The position numbers and the translations under genes are program-made. The notes under the pieces were generated by a model. It was not told the DNA's origin. It saw only the letters and a program-made list of their open reading frames with translations, and did no database searches. DNA of 64,000 bases from an uncultured Thermoleophilia bacterium (GTDB lineage Bacteria > Actinomycetota > Thermoleophilia > UBA2241): positions 64,001 to 128,000 of the forward strand of contig CAVQSP010000011.1 in NCBI GenBank assembly GCA_963715985.1, given 5' to 3'. Positions 55,583 to 64,000 of this stretch are shown piece after piece (position 1 is the first letter of the stretch; every line of letters begins with the position of its first letter).

Positions 55583-56425
55583 GTGACAGTGGAGACCGGT
55601 CGAGTGGCGTTCCTCGGGCCCGAGGGCACGTTCACCGAGGAGGCCCTCCTTGCCAACCCGCCCGTCACCCCGCTCGCGCCGTTCCCGTATCCCTCCATCG
55701 AGGACGTCATGGACGCGGTGTCGAGCGGCGAAGCCGAGCTCGGCGTGGTGCCCATCGAGAACTCGCTGGAGGGCTCCGTGACACGGACCCTGGACCGGCT
55801 CGCCTTCGGCGACGACGCCTTCGTCATCGTGCGCGAGATCACGCACCCCATCAGCCACCAGCTCATCGCGCGACGGGAGTTCCAGCTGGCCGAGATCACC
55901 AAGGTGGTGAGCATCCCCATCGCGTATGGGCAGTGCCGCACCTTCATCCAGCAGAACCTGGCCGGCGTGGAACACGAAGCCACGGATTCCACCGCCGAGG
56001 CGGTGCGGCGCGTGAGCCGTGTGGACCGCCCCTGGGCGGCCATCGGCACGCGCCTCTCGGCCGACCTGTACGAGTGCGTCGTCCTGAGCCCCGGCATCGA
56101 GGACTCGCACGACAACCGCACACGCTTCGTCTTCCTGTCGCGCGAGGCGGCGCCGCAGGACCTCGAGGGCCGCTACAAGACCAGCATCGTGTGCGGCATC
56201 GGTGCCGACCAGCCGGGCGCCCTGCTGCTCATCCTCAGTGAGTTCGCCCACCGCTACGTGAACCTCACCAAGATCGAGTCGCGGCCCTCTCGGCAGGGCC
56301 TGGGCGACTACATCTTCTTCATCGACGTGGAAGGCCGTCAGAGCGACCCGCCCATCGAGCAGGCCCTCAAGTGCCTGCGCTGCAAGCTGCCGTGGGTGAA
56401 GGTGCTCGGGTCCTTCCCGGCTTGA
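55583..56425 (+). CDS. pheA: Prephenate dehydratase
   Basis: FLGPEGTFT, VPIENSLEG, NRTRF, LTKIESRP, FFID. Confidence 0.95.
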   Translation: MTVETGRVAFLGPEGTFTEEALLANPPVTPLAPFPYPSIEDVMDAVSSGEAELGVVPIENSLEGSVTRTLDRLAFGDDAFVIVREITHPISHQLIARREFQLAEITKVVSIPIAYGQCRTFIQQNLAGVEHEATDSTAEAVRRVSRVDRPWAAIGTRLSADLYECVVLSPGIEDSHDNRTRFVFLSREAAPQDLEGRYKTSIVCGIGADQPGALLLILSEFAHRYVNLTKIESRPSRQGLGDYIFFIDVEGRQSDPPIEQALKCLRCKLPWVKVLGSFPA

Positions 56426-56444
56426 CGAAACGGAGGGCGGCGAC

Positions 56445-57581
56445 GTGACCGAGGAGACCGGAGCTTCCGTGCCCGTTCAGCCCGGCGCTCAACCCGCGCC
56501 TCCGGCCGATCCGGCGGCGCCGGCGCGCGGCTTCTTCGTGCGCCGCGTGCAGGCCGCCGGCCAGTTCGAGATCTTCTTCGTCTCCGCCATCGGCACGATC
56601 CTCATCGTGCGCGCGGCGCTGGCCATCACCGGCTGGCCCCAGCTGGGCGGCGGCAAGATCCACTTCGCCCACCTGCTCTGGGGCGGGCTCGGCATGCTCA
56701 TCGGCATCGTCCTGTTCATCGCCCTGCAGGGCCGCCTCTGGGGCCTCCTCGCCACACTGGCCGCCGGCATCGGCTTCGGGCTCTTCCTCGACGAGCTGGG
56801 CAAGTTCATCACCTCGGACAACGACTACTTCTTCCAGCCCACCGTGGCCATCATCTACCTGATCTTCGTGGGCCTGTTCTTCCTCTTCCACTGGCTCGGC
56901 AGCGTGCGCTACCTGTCGCAGCAGGCCGCCCTGGTGAACGCCTTCGACTACGCCAAGGAGGCCGTGCTGAGGAACATGGACGAGGGCGAGCGCGCCGAGG
57001 CCCTGTTCCTGCTCGGCAAGTCCGACCAGCGCGACCCCCTGGTGGCCTCTCTCACGCAGACGCTCCAGGCGATGACGGCGCTGGCCCCACCCATCGATAC
57101 GCGCCTGCAGAAGGTGAAGGGCCGGCTCACGCGCTTCTATACCCGGCTGCTGCACCGCCGCTGGTTCAAGGTCGTGGTCGTCGGCTGGTTCCTGCTCATC
57201 GCTCTGGTAGGACTCGCCGGCGTCATCGCCAGTCTCGCCACCGACCTGCAGCTCTCGTTCGCCGAGGCCGGACTGGCGGTCACGAGCCTGATCAGCGGCG
57301 TGCTCGTCGTGATCGGCGTGGTGCGCTTCCGGCAGTCGCACCTCAAGGCGTACCGCTGGTTCGAGCGCGCCGTCCTGGTCAACATCTTCCTGGGCGGCTT
57401 CTTCAGCTTCTACATCCAGCAATTGGGCGCGCTGTACGACCTGCTCTTCCTGCTGCTCACCTACGCCACCATCCGCTACATCATCGCGGAGGAGATCAAG
57501 AGGGAGGCCGGGGACCTGGCCGCCGAGCAGGCGCAGGCGCGCGAGGAGGGGCCCGAGGCGCCCGCGTCGTCCCCCGCCTGA
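56445..57581 (+). CDS. Conserved integral membrane protein of unknown function
   Basis: Multiple TM helices; HFAHLLWGG and GFGLFLDELGKFITSDNDYF; good RBS and codon usage. Confidence 0.7.
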   Translation: MTEETGASVPVQPGAQPAPPADPAAPARGFFVRRVQAAGQFEIFFVSAIGTILIVRAALAITGWPQLGGGKIHFAHLLWGGLGMLIGIVLFIALQGRLWGLLATLAAGIGFGLFLDELGKFITSDNDYFFQPTVAIIYLIFVGLFFLFHWLGSVRYLSQQAALVNAFDYAKEAVLRNMDEGERAEALFLLGKSDQRDPLVASLTQTLQAMTALAPPIDTRLQKVKGRLTRFYTRLLHRRWFKVVVVGWFLLIALVGLAGVIASLATDLQLSFAEAGLAVTSLISGVLVVIGVVRFRQSHLKAYRWFERAVLVNIFLGGFFSFYIQQLGALYDLLFLLLTYATIRYIIAEEIKREAGDLAAEQAQAREEGPEAPASSPA

Positions 57582-57684
57582 GGGACGGCTCCGGGAGGTC
57601 GGGGCACACCCATCCGCTATATCATCGGACGGCAACTGGAGAGTCAGGGCGGAGATCCGGCCGCCCCGGGCGCAGGAGGTGAGG

Positions 57685-58149
57685 ATGGACCGCCTCAAGT
57701 GTTCGCTGCGAGCGGTCACCGACGACGACCGCAGCATGATCGCCCTTCTGGCCGACGAGACCCTGCGCCCGCTCGCCGCCGGCGCCGGCCACCCCGAGCG
57801 CTACCACGCCGAGGAGCTCATCGACCTCCTCGATCGCGCCGAGGTGTACGTGGCGGAGGCCGAGGGCGAGGTGGCCGGGTTCGTGGCCGTGGAGGCGGAA
57901 GGCGATGCGTTGGCCGTACGCTGCGTGTGCGTGAACCCGGCCTTTGAGGCGCGCGGGGTGGCCAACCAGATGCTCGACTGGGCCGAGGGCGTGGGCATCG
58001 ACCGCGGCATGACACGGCTCACCGCCCACGTGCCCGTGGCCGATAACCCGTCACGGCACCTCTATCAGCGCCACGAGTTCTGCGCACTCGGCGGGCCGAG
58101 CGACGAGATGCTGCAACTGGAGAAGCGACTGCCGCACGTGGAGGACTGA
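57685..58149 (+). CDS. GNAT N-acetyltransferase
   Basis: VNPAFEARGVA, N..SRHLYQRHEF. Confidence 0.8.
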   Translation: MDRLKCSLRAVTDDDRSMIALLADETLRPLAAGAGHPERYHAEELIDLLDRAEVYVAEAEGEVAGFVAVEAEGDALAVRCVCVNPAFEARGVANQMLDWAEGVGIDRGMTRLTAHVPVADNPSRHLYQRHEFCALGGPSDEMLQLEKRLPHVED

Positions 58150-58153
58150 GTCC

Positions 58154-59074
58154 GTGCTCCTCACGCTCATCGCGGTGCCCTACGACCTCGGTCGCGAGGG
58201 CGTGGGCAGCGGCCACGGGCCGGGCGCCTACATCGAGGGCGGCGCCGCCGAGGCGCTGCGCGACCGCGGTCACGCCGTGGAGGTGGTGACCGCCCAGCGG
58301 ACCGGCCCGTTCGTCGACGAGCTCCAGGCCGTCCTCGCCGTGGACGCGGCGGTGGCGGAGCTGGTCACCGATGCCCTCGCGCACGGCCGCCTGCCGCTGG
58401 TGCTGGCCGGCAACTGCAACGTCACGCTCGGCGTGCGCGCCGGTCTGTTGGCGGCCGGAGCGCACGGCCCGGACATCGCCACCGTGTGGCTGGACGCACA
58501 CGGCGACTTCAACACGCCGGAGACGTCCGCGAGCGGCTACCTCGACGGCATGCCGCTGGCGATGCTCACGGGGCGGGCCTTCCCCGAGACGTGGCAGCGA
58601 CTCGGCGGGTACGCCTGCGACGAGGCCTTCGTCGTTCACGCCGGCGGCCGCGACCTTGACCCGGCAGAGGCAGATGCCCTGTCGCTGTCGCGGATCGCCG
58701 TGGTGAGCGGCGCGGAGATCGGCTACCGCGGTCTCGGTGAGGCCCTGGCGCCGGCGCTGGACGACCTGGTCAAGAGGATGGGCGAAGGCGGTCATCACGC
58801 CGCCCGCCCCAAGGTGCACCTGCACGTGGACATCGACGTGCTGGACCCAACGCTCGCCCCTGCCGTGGGCTTCCCCTCGCCGGGCGGCCTCACGGTGGCC
58901 GAGCTGCTCGCCGCCGTGGAGATGACGGGCGGCCGCTTCGACCTGCGGGCGCTCTCGCTGACGTCGTTCGACCCCGAGGCCGGCGACCGCGCCAAGACCC
59001 TGCGCGCCGGCCTCTCAGTGCTCACGACGGCGGCGAGCGCGGCGGCCGTGTCGGCGGCGGACTCGCGGCGCTAG
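58154..59074 (+). CDS. Arginase/ureohydrolase family protein
   Basis: WLDAHGDFN, GMP, HVDIDVLDP, PGGL. Confidence 0.85.
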   Translation: MLLTLIAVPYDLGREGVGSGHGPGAYIEGGAAEALRDRGHAVEVVTAQRTGPFVDELQAVLAVDAAVAELVTDALAHGRLPLVLAGNCNVTLGVRAGLLAAGAHGPDIATVWLDAHGDFNTPETSASGYLDGMPLAMLTGRAFPETWQRLGGYACDEAFVVHAGGRDLDPAEADALSLSRIAVVSGAEIGYRGLGEALAPALDDLVKRMGEGGHHAARPKVHLHVDIDVLDPTLAPAVGFPSPGGLTVAELLAAVEMTGGRFDLRALSLTSFDPEAGDRAKTLRAGLSVLTTAASAAAVSAADSRR

Positions 59075-59157
59075 ACGGCGGCGCCCGCGGTCGTCAGGAC
59101 AGACCCGCAAGAAGGCGGGCGCTCAACGGGAGCGCCGGCGCCGGGCGGTCTCGTGCC

Positions 59158-60438
59158 TCAGTGGTAGATGTAGAGCTGCTCGCCCACCCAGGATTGGTCG
59201 TACATCCACTGCGCCACCCACATGGGCTCGCGCACGCAGCCGTGGCTGGCCGGGTACGGCGGCACCGGCGCGTACCCGTGCATGGCGAAGTCGGCGTAGA
59301 ACCCCATCGAGCGGAACAGCTGGCCGCCGAAGTTGGACGGCGCATACAGGCTCTTGACGAAGATGTGGAAGCTGCCCTCCGGCGTGTTGCCCGTCGCCCC
59401 GGTGGAGACGGCGATGATGCCGTACACGGCGCCGTTCTTCACGACCATGGCGATCTGCCGGCCCTTGTCCACCTCGAGATGCGTGGACGGGCTCGAGTAG
59501 CGGGGCCTGATGACCTTGGCCGTCTCGAGCCTGCGCCAGGCCTGCGGGCCGAACACGTAGTCCCGCGAGAGCCCGTAGGCCTTCTGGAAGGCCACCACGG
59601 CGTCGGCGCACTGGCTGTTGAAGGTGCTGCCGATGTACGGCACGCGGAACTTGAGCCGGTCCAGCTGGGTGAGCAGAGCACGGACGCGCGGCCCCGAGGA
59701 CCCGGTGGACACCTTGGCGTCGCTGACCTGCACGGTGGCTTTGGCGCTGCGGGCGCCGAAGCCGTCGGCGGAAGGCAGAGAGAGCTCGACCGGGAAGGCG
59801 CCGACGCCGCGCAGCGGCAGCTGCACCACGGCTCTGCCGTTGCGTGTGGCCGCCTTGATCGTGGTGACCGTGGCGCCTCGGTGGCTGACCACGGCCGTCA
59901 CGGTGCCGCTGTACTCGGCGGGGACCACCTTGACGATGAGCGAGACGTTGGCGAACGGCACGGGCGTACCGTAGGACACGCTCACCTTGGGCTTGACCAC
60001 GAGGCGCGTGGCCTCGCTGCGCGTACCGTCCGCGAGCTTGGCCACGAGCTCGCCGCTCTTGCGCGGCGTGACCTTGAGGCTGAAGGCGCCGGAGGCGTCG
60101 GTGAAGGCGGACCCGAGCCTGACGCCGCCGAGCGCGACGGCGACCTCCTGGCCGGCGACGGCCGGCCGCACAACGCCGGACACCGTGACCTCCTGCCCAT
60201 ACGTCAGCGTAGCGGCAGACGCCGCGGCGGTCACGGTCTGCGCCGGCGTGGGCGTGGGTGTTGGCGTGGGCGTAGGGGTCGGTGACGGCGTCGGCTCCTC
60301 GGTGGGCGGCGCGGTACTCGCGGGAGCGGGTGTGGCGCCGCCCCAGGCGGCGGCCGGCACGAGCAGCAGACCCAGCACGAGGACGGCGGCGAGCGCGGGA
60401 AGGCGAAGGCGCGCGTGCTTGGACGGGATGGATGACAT
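59158..60438 (-). CDS. Secreted L,D-transpeptidase with peptidoglycan-binding domain
   Basis: Signal peptide, PT linker, AVVAFQKAYGL, VSTG, MHG...SHGCVR. Confidence 0.88.
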   Translation of the reverse strand: MSSIPSKHARLRLPALAAVLVLGLLLVPAAAWGGATPAPASTAPPTEEPTPSPTPTPTPTPTPTPAQTVTAAASAATLTYGQEVTVSGVVRPAVAGQEVAVALGGVRLGSAFTDASGAFSLKVTPRKSGELVAKLADGTRSEATRLVVKPKVSVSYGTPVPFANVSLIVKVVPAEYSGTVTAVVSHRGATVTTIKAATRNGRAVVQLPLRGVGAFPVELSLPSADGFGARSAKATVQVSDAKVSTGSSGPRVRALLTQLDRLKFRVPYIGSTFNSQCADAVVAFQKAYGLSRDYVFGPQAWRRLETAKVIRPRYSSPSTHLEVDKGRQIAMVVKNGAVYGIIAVSTGATGNTPEGSFHIFVKSLYAPSNFGGQLFRSMGFYADFAMHGYAPVPPYPASHGCVREPMWVAQWMYDQSWVGEQLYIYH

Positions 60439-60607
60439 GGATCGGGCTCCTGGTCTCGCGCGGGGCGCGGGTAGTGGCGTCCGAAGAGAGTAGCACGAGG
60501 CTGAGGCTACGGTCGAGCCGGAAGGGCCGGTGCGACGGCCGGCTCAGGCGACGGCCGGACCGGTGCGATACCATGGGACGCCATCACAACGACCGCGAGG
60601 AGTCACG

Positions 60608-61870
60608 ATGCTCGACGTGAAGATGGTGCGCTCGAACCCGGACGAGGTGCGTGCGGCGCTGCTGCGCAGGGGCGCCGCCTCCACCTCGTCGCTGGACGAG
60701 TTCCTCACGCTCGAGGAGGAGCGCCGCCGGCTCCTCACCGACGTCGAGAGCATGCGCGCGGCGCGCAAGCGCGCCAGCGACGCCATCGCCACGGTCAAGA
60801 AGGCCGGCGGCGACGCCGACGCAGCGATCGCCGAGATGCGCTCCCTGGGCGACACCATCAAGGAGCGCGAGGCGTCGCTGACCGAGGTCGAGGAGCAGCT
60901 CCGCACCATGCTCCTCGAGATCCCCAACATCCCGCTCGCGGACGTGCCCGACGGCGGCGAAGAGGACTCGGTCGTGCTGCGTCACGTCGGCGAGCCGCGG
61001 GTCTTTGACTTCGAGGTCAAGGACCATCTCGACCTGGGCCTCGCCCTCGATCTCATCGACATGGAACGCGCCGCCAAAGTCAGCGGCTCGCGCTTCGCCT
61101 ACCTCAAGGGCGACCTCGTCATGCTGCAGTTCGCCCTCGTGCGGTACGGCCTCGACATCATCCAGGCCAAGGGCTTCGTCCCCGTGATCCCTCCCGTGCT
61201 CGTACGCGAAGAGGCCATGTACGGCACCGGCTTCTTCCCCACCGACCGCGCCCAGGTGTACGAGACCGTGGACGGAGATTGCCTGGTGGGGACCAGCGAG
61301 GTCCCGCTGGCGGCGATGCACCTGGAGGAGTTCCTCGAGGCGGAGAAGCTGCCGCTGCGGTACGCCGGCTACTCGAGCTGCTTCCGCCGCGAGGCCGGCG
61401 CCGCCGGACGCGACACGCGCGGCATCCTGCGCGTGCACCAGTTCGACAAGGTGGAGATGTTCAGCTTCTGCCTTCCCGAGCAGAGCGCGGCCGAGCACCA
61501 GCTCATCCTCTCGGCCGAGGAGGAGATCCTGCGGGGTCTGGGCATCCCCTACCGCGTCGTGAACATCGCCGCCGGCGACCTCGGCGCCCCGGCGGCGCAG
61601 AAGTTCGACTGCGAGGCCTGGATGCCCGGCCAGGAGCAGTACCGCGAGGTCACGAGCTGCTCCAACTGCACCGACTACCAGGCACGGCGCCTCAACTGCC
61701 GCTACCGCACCGAGAAGGGGCCGCGCTTCGTGCACACCCTCAACGGCACCGGCATCGCCGTGGGGCGCACGCTGATCGCCATCATGGAGAACTATCAGCA
61801 GGCCGACGGCAGCATCGCGGTGCCCGAGGTGCTGCGACCCTATTTGGGCAAGGACGTGCTGGCGGGCTGA
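60608..61870 (+). CDS. serS: Serine--tRNA ligase
   Basis: GTSE, FRREAG, RVHQFDKVE, EVTSCSNCTDYQARR, HTLNGT. Confidence 0.98.
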   Translation: MLDVKMVRSNPDEVRAALLRRGAASTSSLDEFLTLEEERRRLLTDVESMRAARKRASDAIATVKKAGGDADAAIAEMRSLGDTIKEREASLTEVEEQLRTMLLEIPNIPLADVPDGGEEDSVVLRHVGEPRVFDFEVKDHLDLGLALDLIDMERAAKVSGSRFAYLKGDLVMLQFALVRYGLDIIQAKGFVPVIPPVLVREEAMYGTGFFPTDRAQVYETVDGDCLVGTSEVPLAAMHLEEFLEAEKLPLRYAGYSSCFRREAGAAGRDTRGILRVHQFDKVEMFSFCLPEQSAAEHQLILSAEEEILRGLGIPYRVVNIAAGDLGAPAAQKFDCEAWMPGQEQYREVTSCSNCTDYQARRLNCRYRTEKGPRFVHTLNGTGIAVGRTLIAIMENYQQADGSIAVPEVLRPYLGKDVLAG

Positions 61871-61979
61871 GCGGCGACGCGGCGCGAGACTGCGCCCGCA
61901 ACGCTCCCATCAACGTCACCCGTCCTAGGCCTTGATGCTATGATGCGGTGCGTGTGATGCTTTGGTGCATGGAGGTCCG

Positions 61980-62273
61980 ACGCGCACGACGCTGACCATC
62001 GAGGACTCGCTGCTGGCCGAGCTCAAGCAGCTGGCCGCTCGCAGCCACCAGAGCCTCAGTGGCGTGATCCAGGACGCCCTGCGTGAGGCCCTGGCGGCAC
62101 GACGGGCGCGCGGCTCACGGGAGCCCGTCGACCTCCCCGTGTTCCGCGGAGGCAGGGGCCTGCAGCCTGGGGTCGATCTGGACAGCACGGCCGCGCTGCT
62201 CGACTTCATGGAGCAGGCGGACGCGGCCCTCGGTCGCGACCCGGAAGAGGACTCTCCCGCGGCTGTCTCGTGA
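61980..62273 (+). CDS. VapB-like ribbon-helix-helix antitoxin
   Basis: (M)RTTLTIEDSLL...SLSGVIQDALREAL...GLQPGVDLD; overlaps the vapC start. Start uncertain (ACG 61980 after GGAGG, or TTG/GTG at 61962/61965). Confidence 0.8.
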   Translation, partial: TRTTLTIEDSLLAELKQLAARSHQSLSGVIQDALREALAARRARGSREPVDLPVFRGGRGLQPGVDLDSTAALLDFMEQADAALGRDPEEDSPAAVS

Positions 62274-62697
62274 TCGTCCGGACGTCAACGTCCTTCTCTA
62301 CGCGTTCCGGGACGATCTGCCCGCCACGAGGACTACCGGACCTGGCTCGTCGAGAGGCTCGCCGGGGAGGAGGCCGTAGCGCTGCCGGGCCTGGTGCTGG
62401 CCGGCTTCATGCGCGTGGTCACGCATCCGAGGGTCTTCTCGCCCCCGACACCGACGGTCGAGGCGGCGGCGTTCATCGAGGCCCTGCGCGCGGCCCCCAG
62501 TTCGGTCACGCCCAGCCTCAGCGCCTCTCACATCGACACGTTCTTGCGCCTCTGCACTACGGGCCAACGCCAAGGGCAGCCTCGTCGCAGATGCCTACCT
62601 CGCGGCCGTCGCCGTCGAGCTGGATGCGGTGCTCATGACCAGCGACCGTGACTTCGCGCGGTTCCCGGGTCTGCGCTGGAGGCATCCGCTCGGCTGA
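62270..62697 (+). CDS. vapC: VapC PIN-domain toxin (three apparent indels)
   Basis: Reconstructed MIVPDVNVLLYA...GFMRVVTHPRVF...DAYLAA...TSDRDFARFPGLRWRHPL; shifts near 62280, 62322, 62562. Confidence 0.85.
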
Positions 62698-62947
62698 CCG
62701 GGCCGCGTCTATCAGACGCGGAATGGCATCGAGGGCGGCGATACGCGCGAGGTCGCGGACGTCGCGCCGGACAACGGCGTGCCGGTGGTCGCGATGCCAG
62801 CGCGTGCGTCTCCTCAAGAGCGGCTCACGGCTGATCGCAGGGTTTGCAGACGGCAGCGGGCAGTTCCCTCTGGACGGAGCAGACGCGACCCTGCGCTGCG
62901 GATGGAGGCGACTGCCCGCACCACAGTGAGGCGCCGAAGGGAGACGA

Positions 62948-63431
62948 TCAGTCGCGGGCGATAGCCTCGAGCGCGTCGGCGAAGTCGCTGAGCCGTTCCG
63001 CGACGGCCGCCCAGAGGGCCGGGAGGTCGGCCACAAGAGCACCGACACGCTGCGGATCGAGCCTTTGCGCGTACACGTTGCGGACCACGTGACGGAACCC
63101 GCGGTACGGCTCCAGCCGGGCGGCCAGCCCGGACTCGAGCACGGCCGGCCTCACACCCGGGATCTCCGTCGCCATCTGCTGAAGCAGCTCCTGATGCCAG
63201 TTCGCTCCGCCCGGCAGCGAGGCATCGACCCTCTCGGCGACGAGGACGAACGTCCGTTCCAGCCCGGCGTAGAAGCCGTGAAGGTTGAGCGCCGCGGCAT
63301 CCACGAGGTAATCGTCCGCCGCCCCCGTGGCCGTTGACCCAGGCACCCTGAGCTCGCGCGACCACCTCGCCGAGTACCGGTAACTCCTGACGGATGCGGG
63401 CCGCCGCGGCCCTGTAGTCGCCTGGGCTCAC
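62948..63431 (-). CDS. HepT-like HEPN ribonuclease toxin (apparent frameshift near 63339)
   Basis: ALNLHGFYAGLERTF, NWHQELL, YRGFRHVVRNVY; GTG 63431 overlaps the MNT stop. Confidence 0.82.
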
Positions 63432-63802
63432 AGAGCCACGCCGCGCGCGGCGATCGCCTCGCCGAGGCTCCGCGGACACGTGTCGAGGTCGACGAGGTCG
63501 AACTCGAACTCCGCGGAGAGAGTCAGCAGGCGGCCGAGGGCGGCATAGAGGCCTGACCCCTCGATCCCGCGCGCTGCGAGATCGATGTCGGAGCGCATCC
63601 CGAACTGGTCGTCCTCCGCCAGCGAGCCGAAGAGCACGACATCGGTGGCGCCGAACTCGGCGCGCAGGAGCGCTGCCGCCTGGTACGCCATCTCGCGAGC
63701 GGCCTCAGCGCGAACGCGGCGGCGCTCCGCTTCTTCGGCGGCACGTCGCCGGCGAGTGGCGCGGTATCCTTCAAGCTGCTCGGGTGTCATCGTGAGCGTC
63801 AT
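63428..63802 (-). CDS. Minimal nucleotidyltransferase (MNT) antitoxin
   Basis: LFGSLA...SDIDLA...FDLVDL; ATG 63802 lies 7 nt after TATACT. Confidence 0.88.
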   Translation of the reverse strand: MTLTMTPEQLEGYRATRRRRAAEEAERRRVRAEAAREMAYQAAALLRAEFGATDVVLFGSLAEDDQFGMRSDIDLAARGIEGSGLYAALGRLLTLSAEFEFDLVDLDTCPRSLGEAIAARGVAL

Positions 63803-64000
63803 CGCCGTGAGTATACCGCCGCTTGCCCTGGGTGGTCCGACGGACGCGCGTGGCCCTCGACAGTACACCCGCAGGGGATGCGCTCGTCATGCGATGCCAC
63901 CAGCTGTGTCGGGCGAGAGTGCCCACGGCGAGCGTTCGCCGCGGCGCCCCGCGCGTAGCTCAGTCGACCGCCTCGGCGGCGCCGAACGCCGCACCGCCGC

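Noticed and set aside
63948-64000. GCGCGTAGCTCAGTCG resembling a tRNA 5' end or att site
   Set aside because: No D-arm completion, anticodon arm or T-arm; better read as the 3' end (…FGAAEAVD, TGA at 63962-63960) of a minus-strand gene entering from the next window.

Overview
A high-GC chromosomal segment. Gene content points to a deep-branching actinobacterium, probably Thermoleophilia-like (inference from HspR/HAIR, the fhaA-fhaB-pstP-rodA-pbpA-pknB cluster, ino1/pgsA/pimA-like genes, ricT and a multiheme cytochrome). Most of it is core genome: ligA, surE, a c-di-GMP gene pair, an HspR-controlled dnaK-hsp20-grpE-dnaJ-hspR-clpC operon, rlmD, topA-tmk-holB-ricT, the Ser/Thr kinase cell-division cluster, pheA, serS, tRNA-Lys(CTT) and tRNA-Leu(CAG). 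It ends in a small toxin-antitoxin patch (VapBC plus MNT/HEPN). Nine genes, including dnaJ, pknB and pstP, carry single-base indels, many in short homopolymer runs, so these are most likely long-read consensus errors. Best leads: (1) a 'hypothetical' membrane protein (24770-25528) with all three presenilin/SPP motifs; (2) an inositol-lipid cluster with an Aur1-like PAP2 enzyme, PIP synthase, Ino1 and a PimA-like glycosyltransferase fused to a PHP phosphoesterase, a candidate for the unidentified PIP phosphatase; (3) a secreted nine-heme cytochrome c split only by one in-frame TAG and preceded by a long structured leader; (4) an archaeal/TopIII-type topoisomerase IA at the usual topA position. 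No CRISPR array, integrase or IS element was seen. All family calls come from motif recognition, not database searches.
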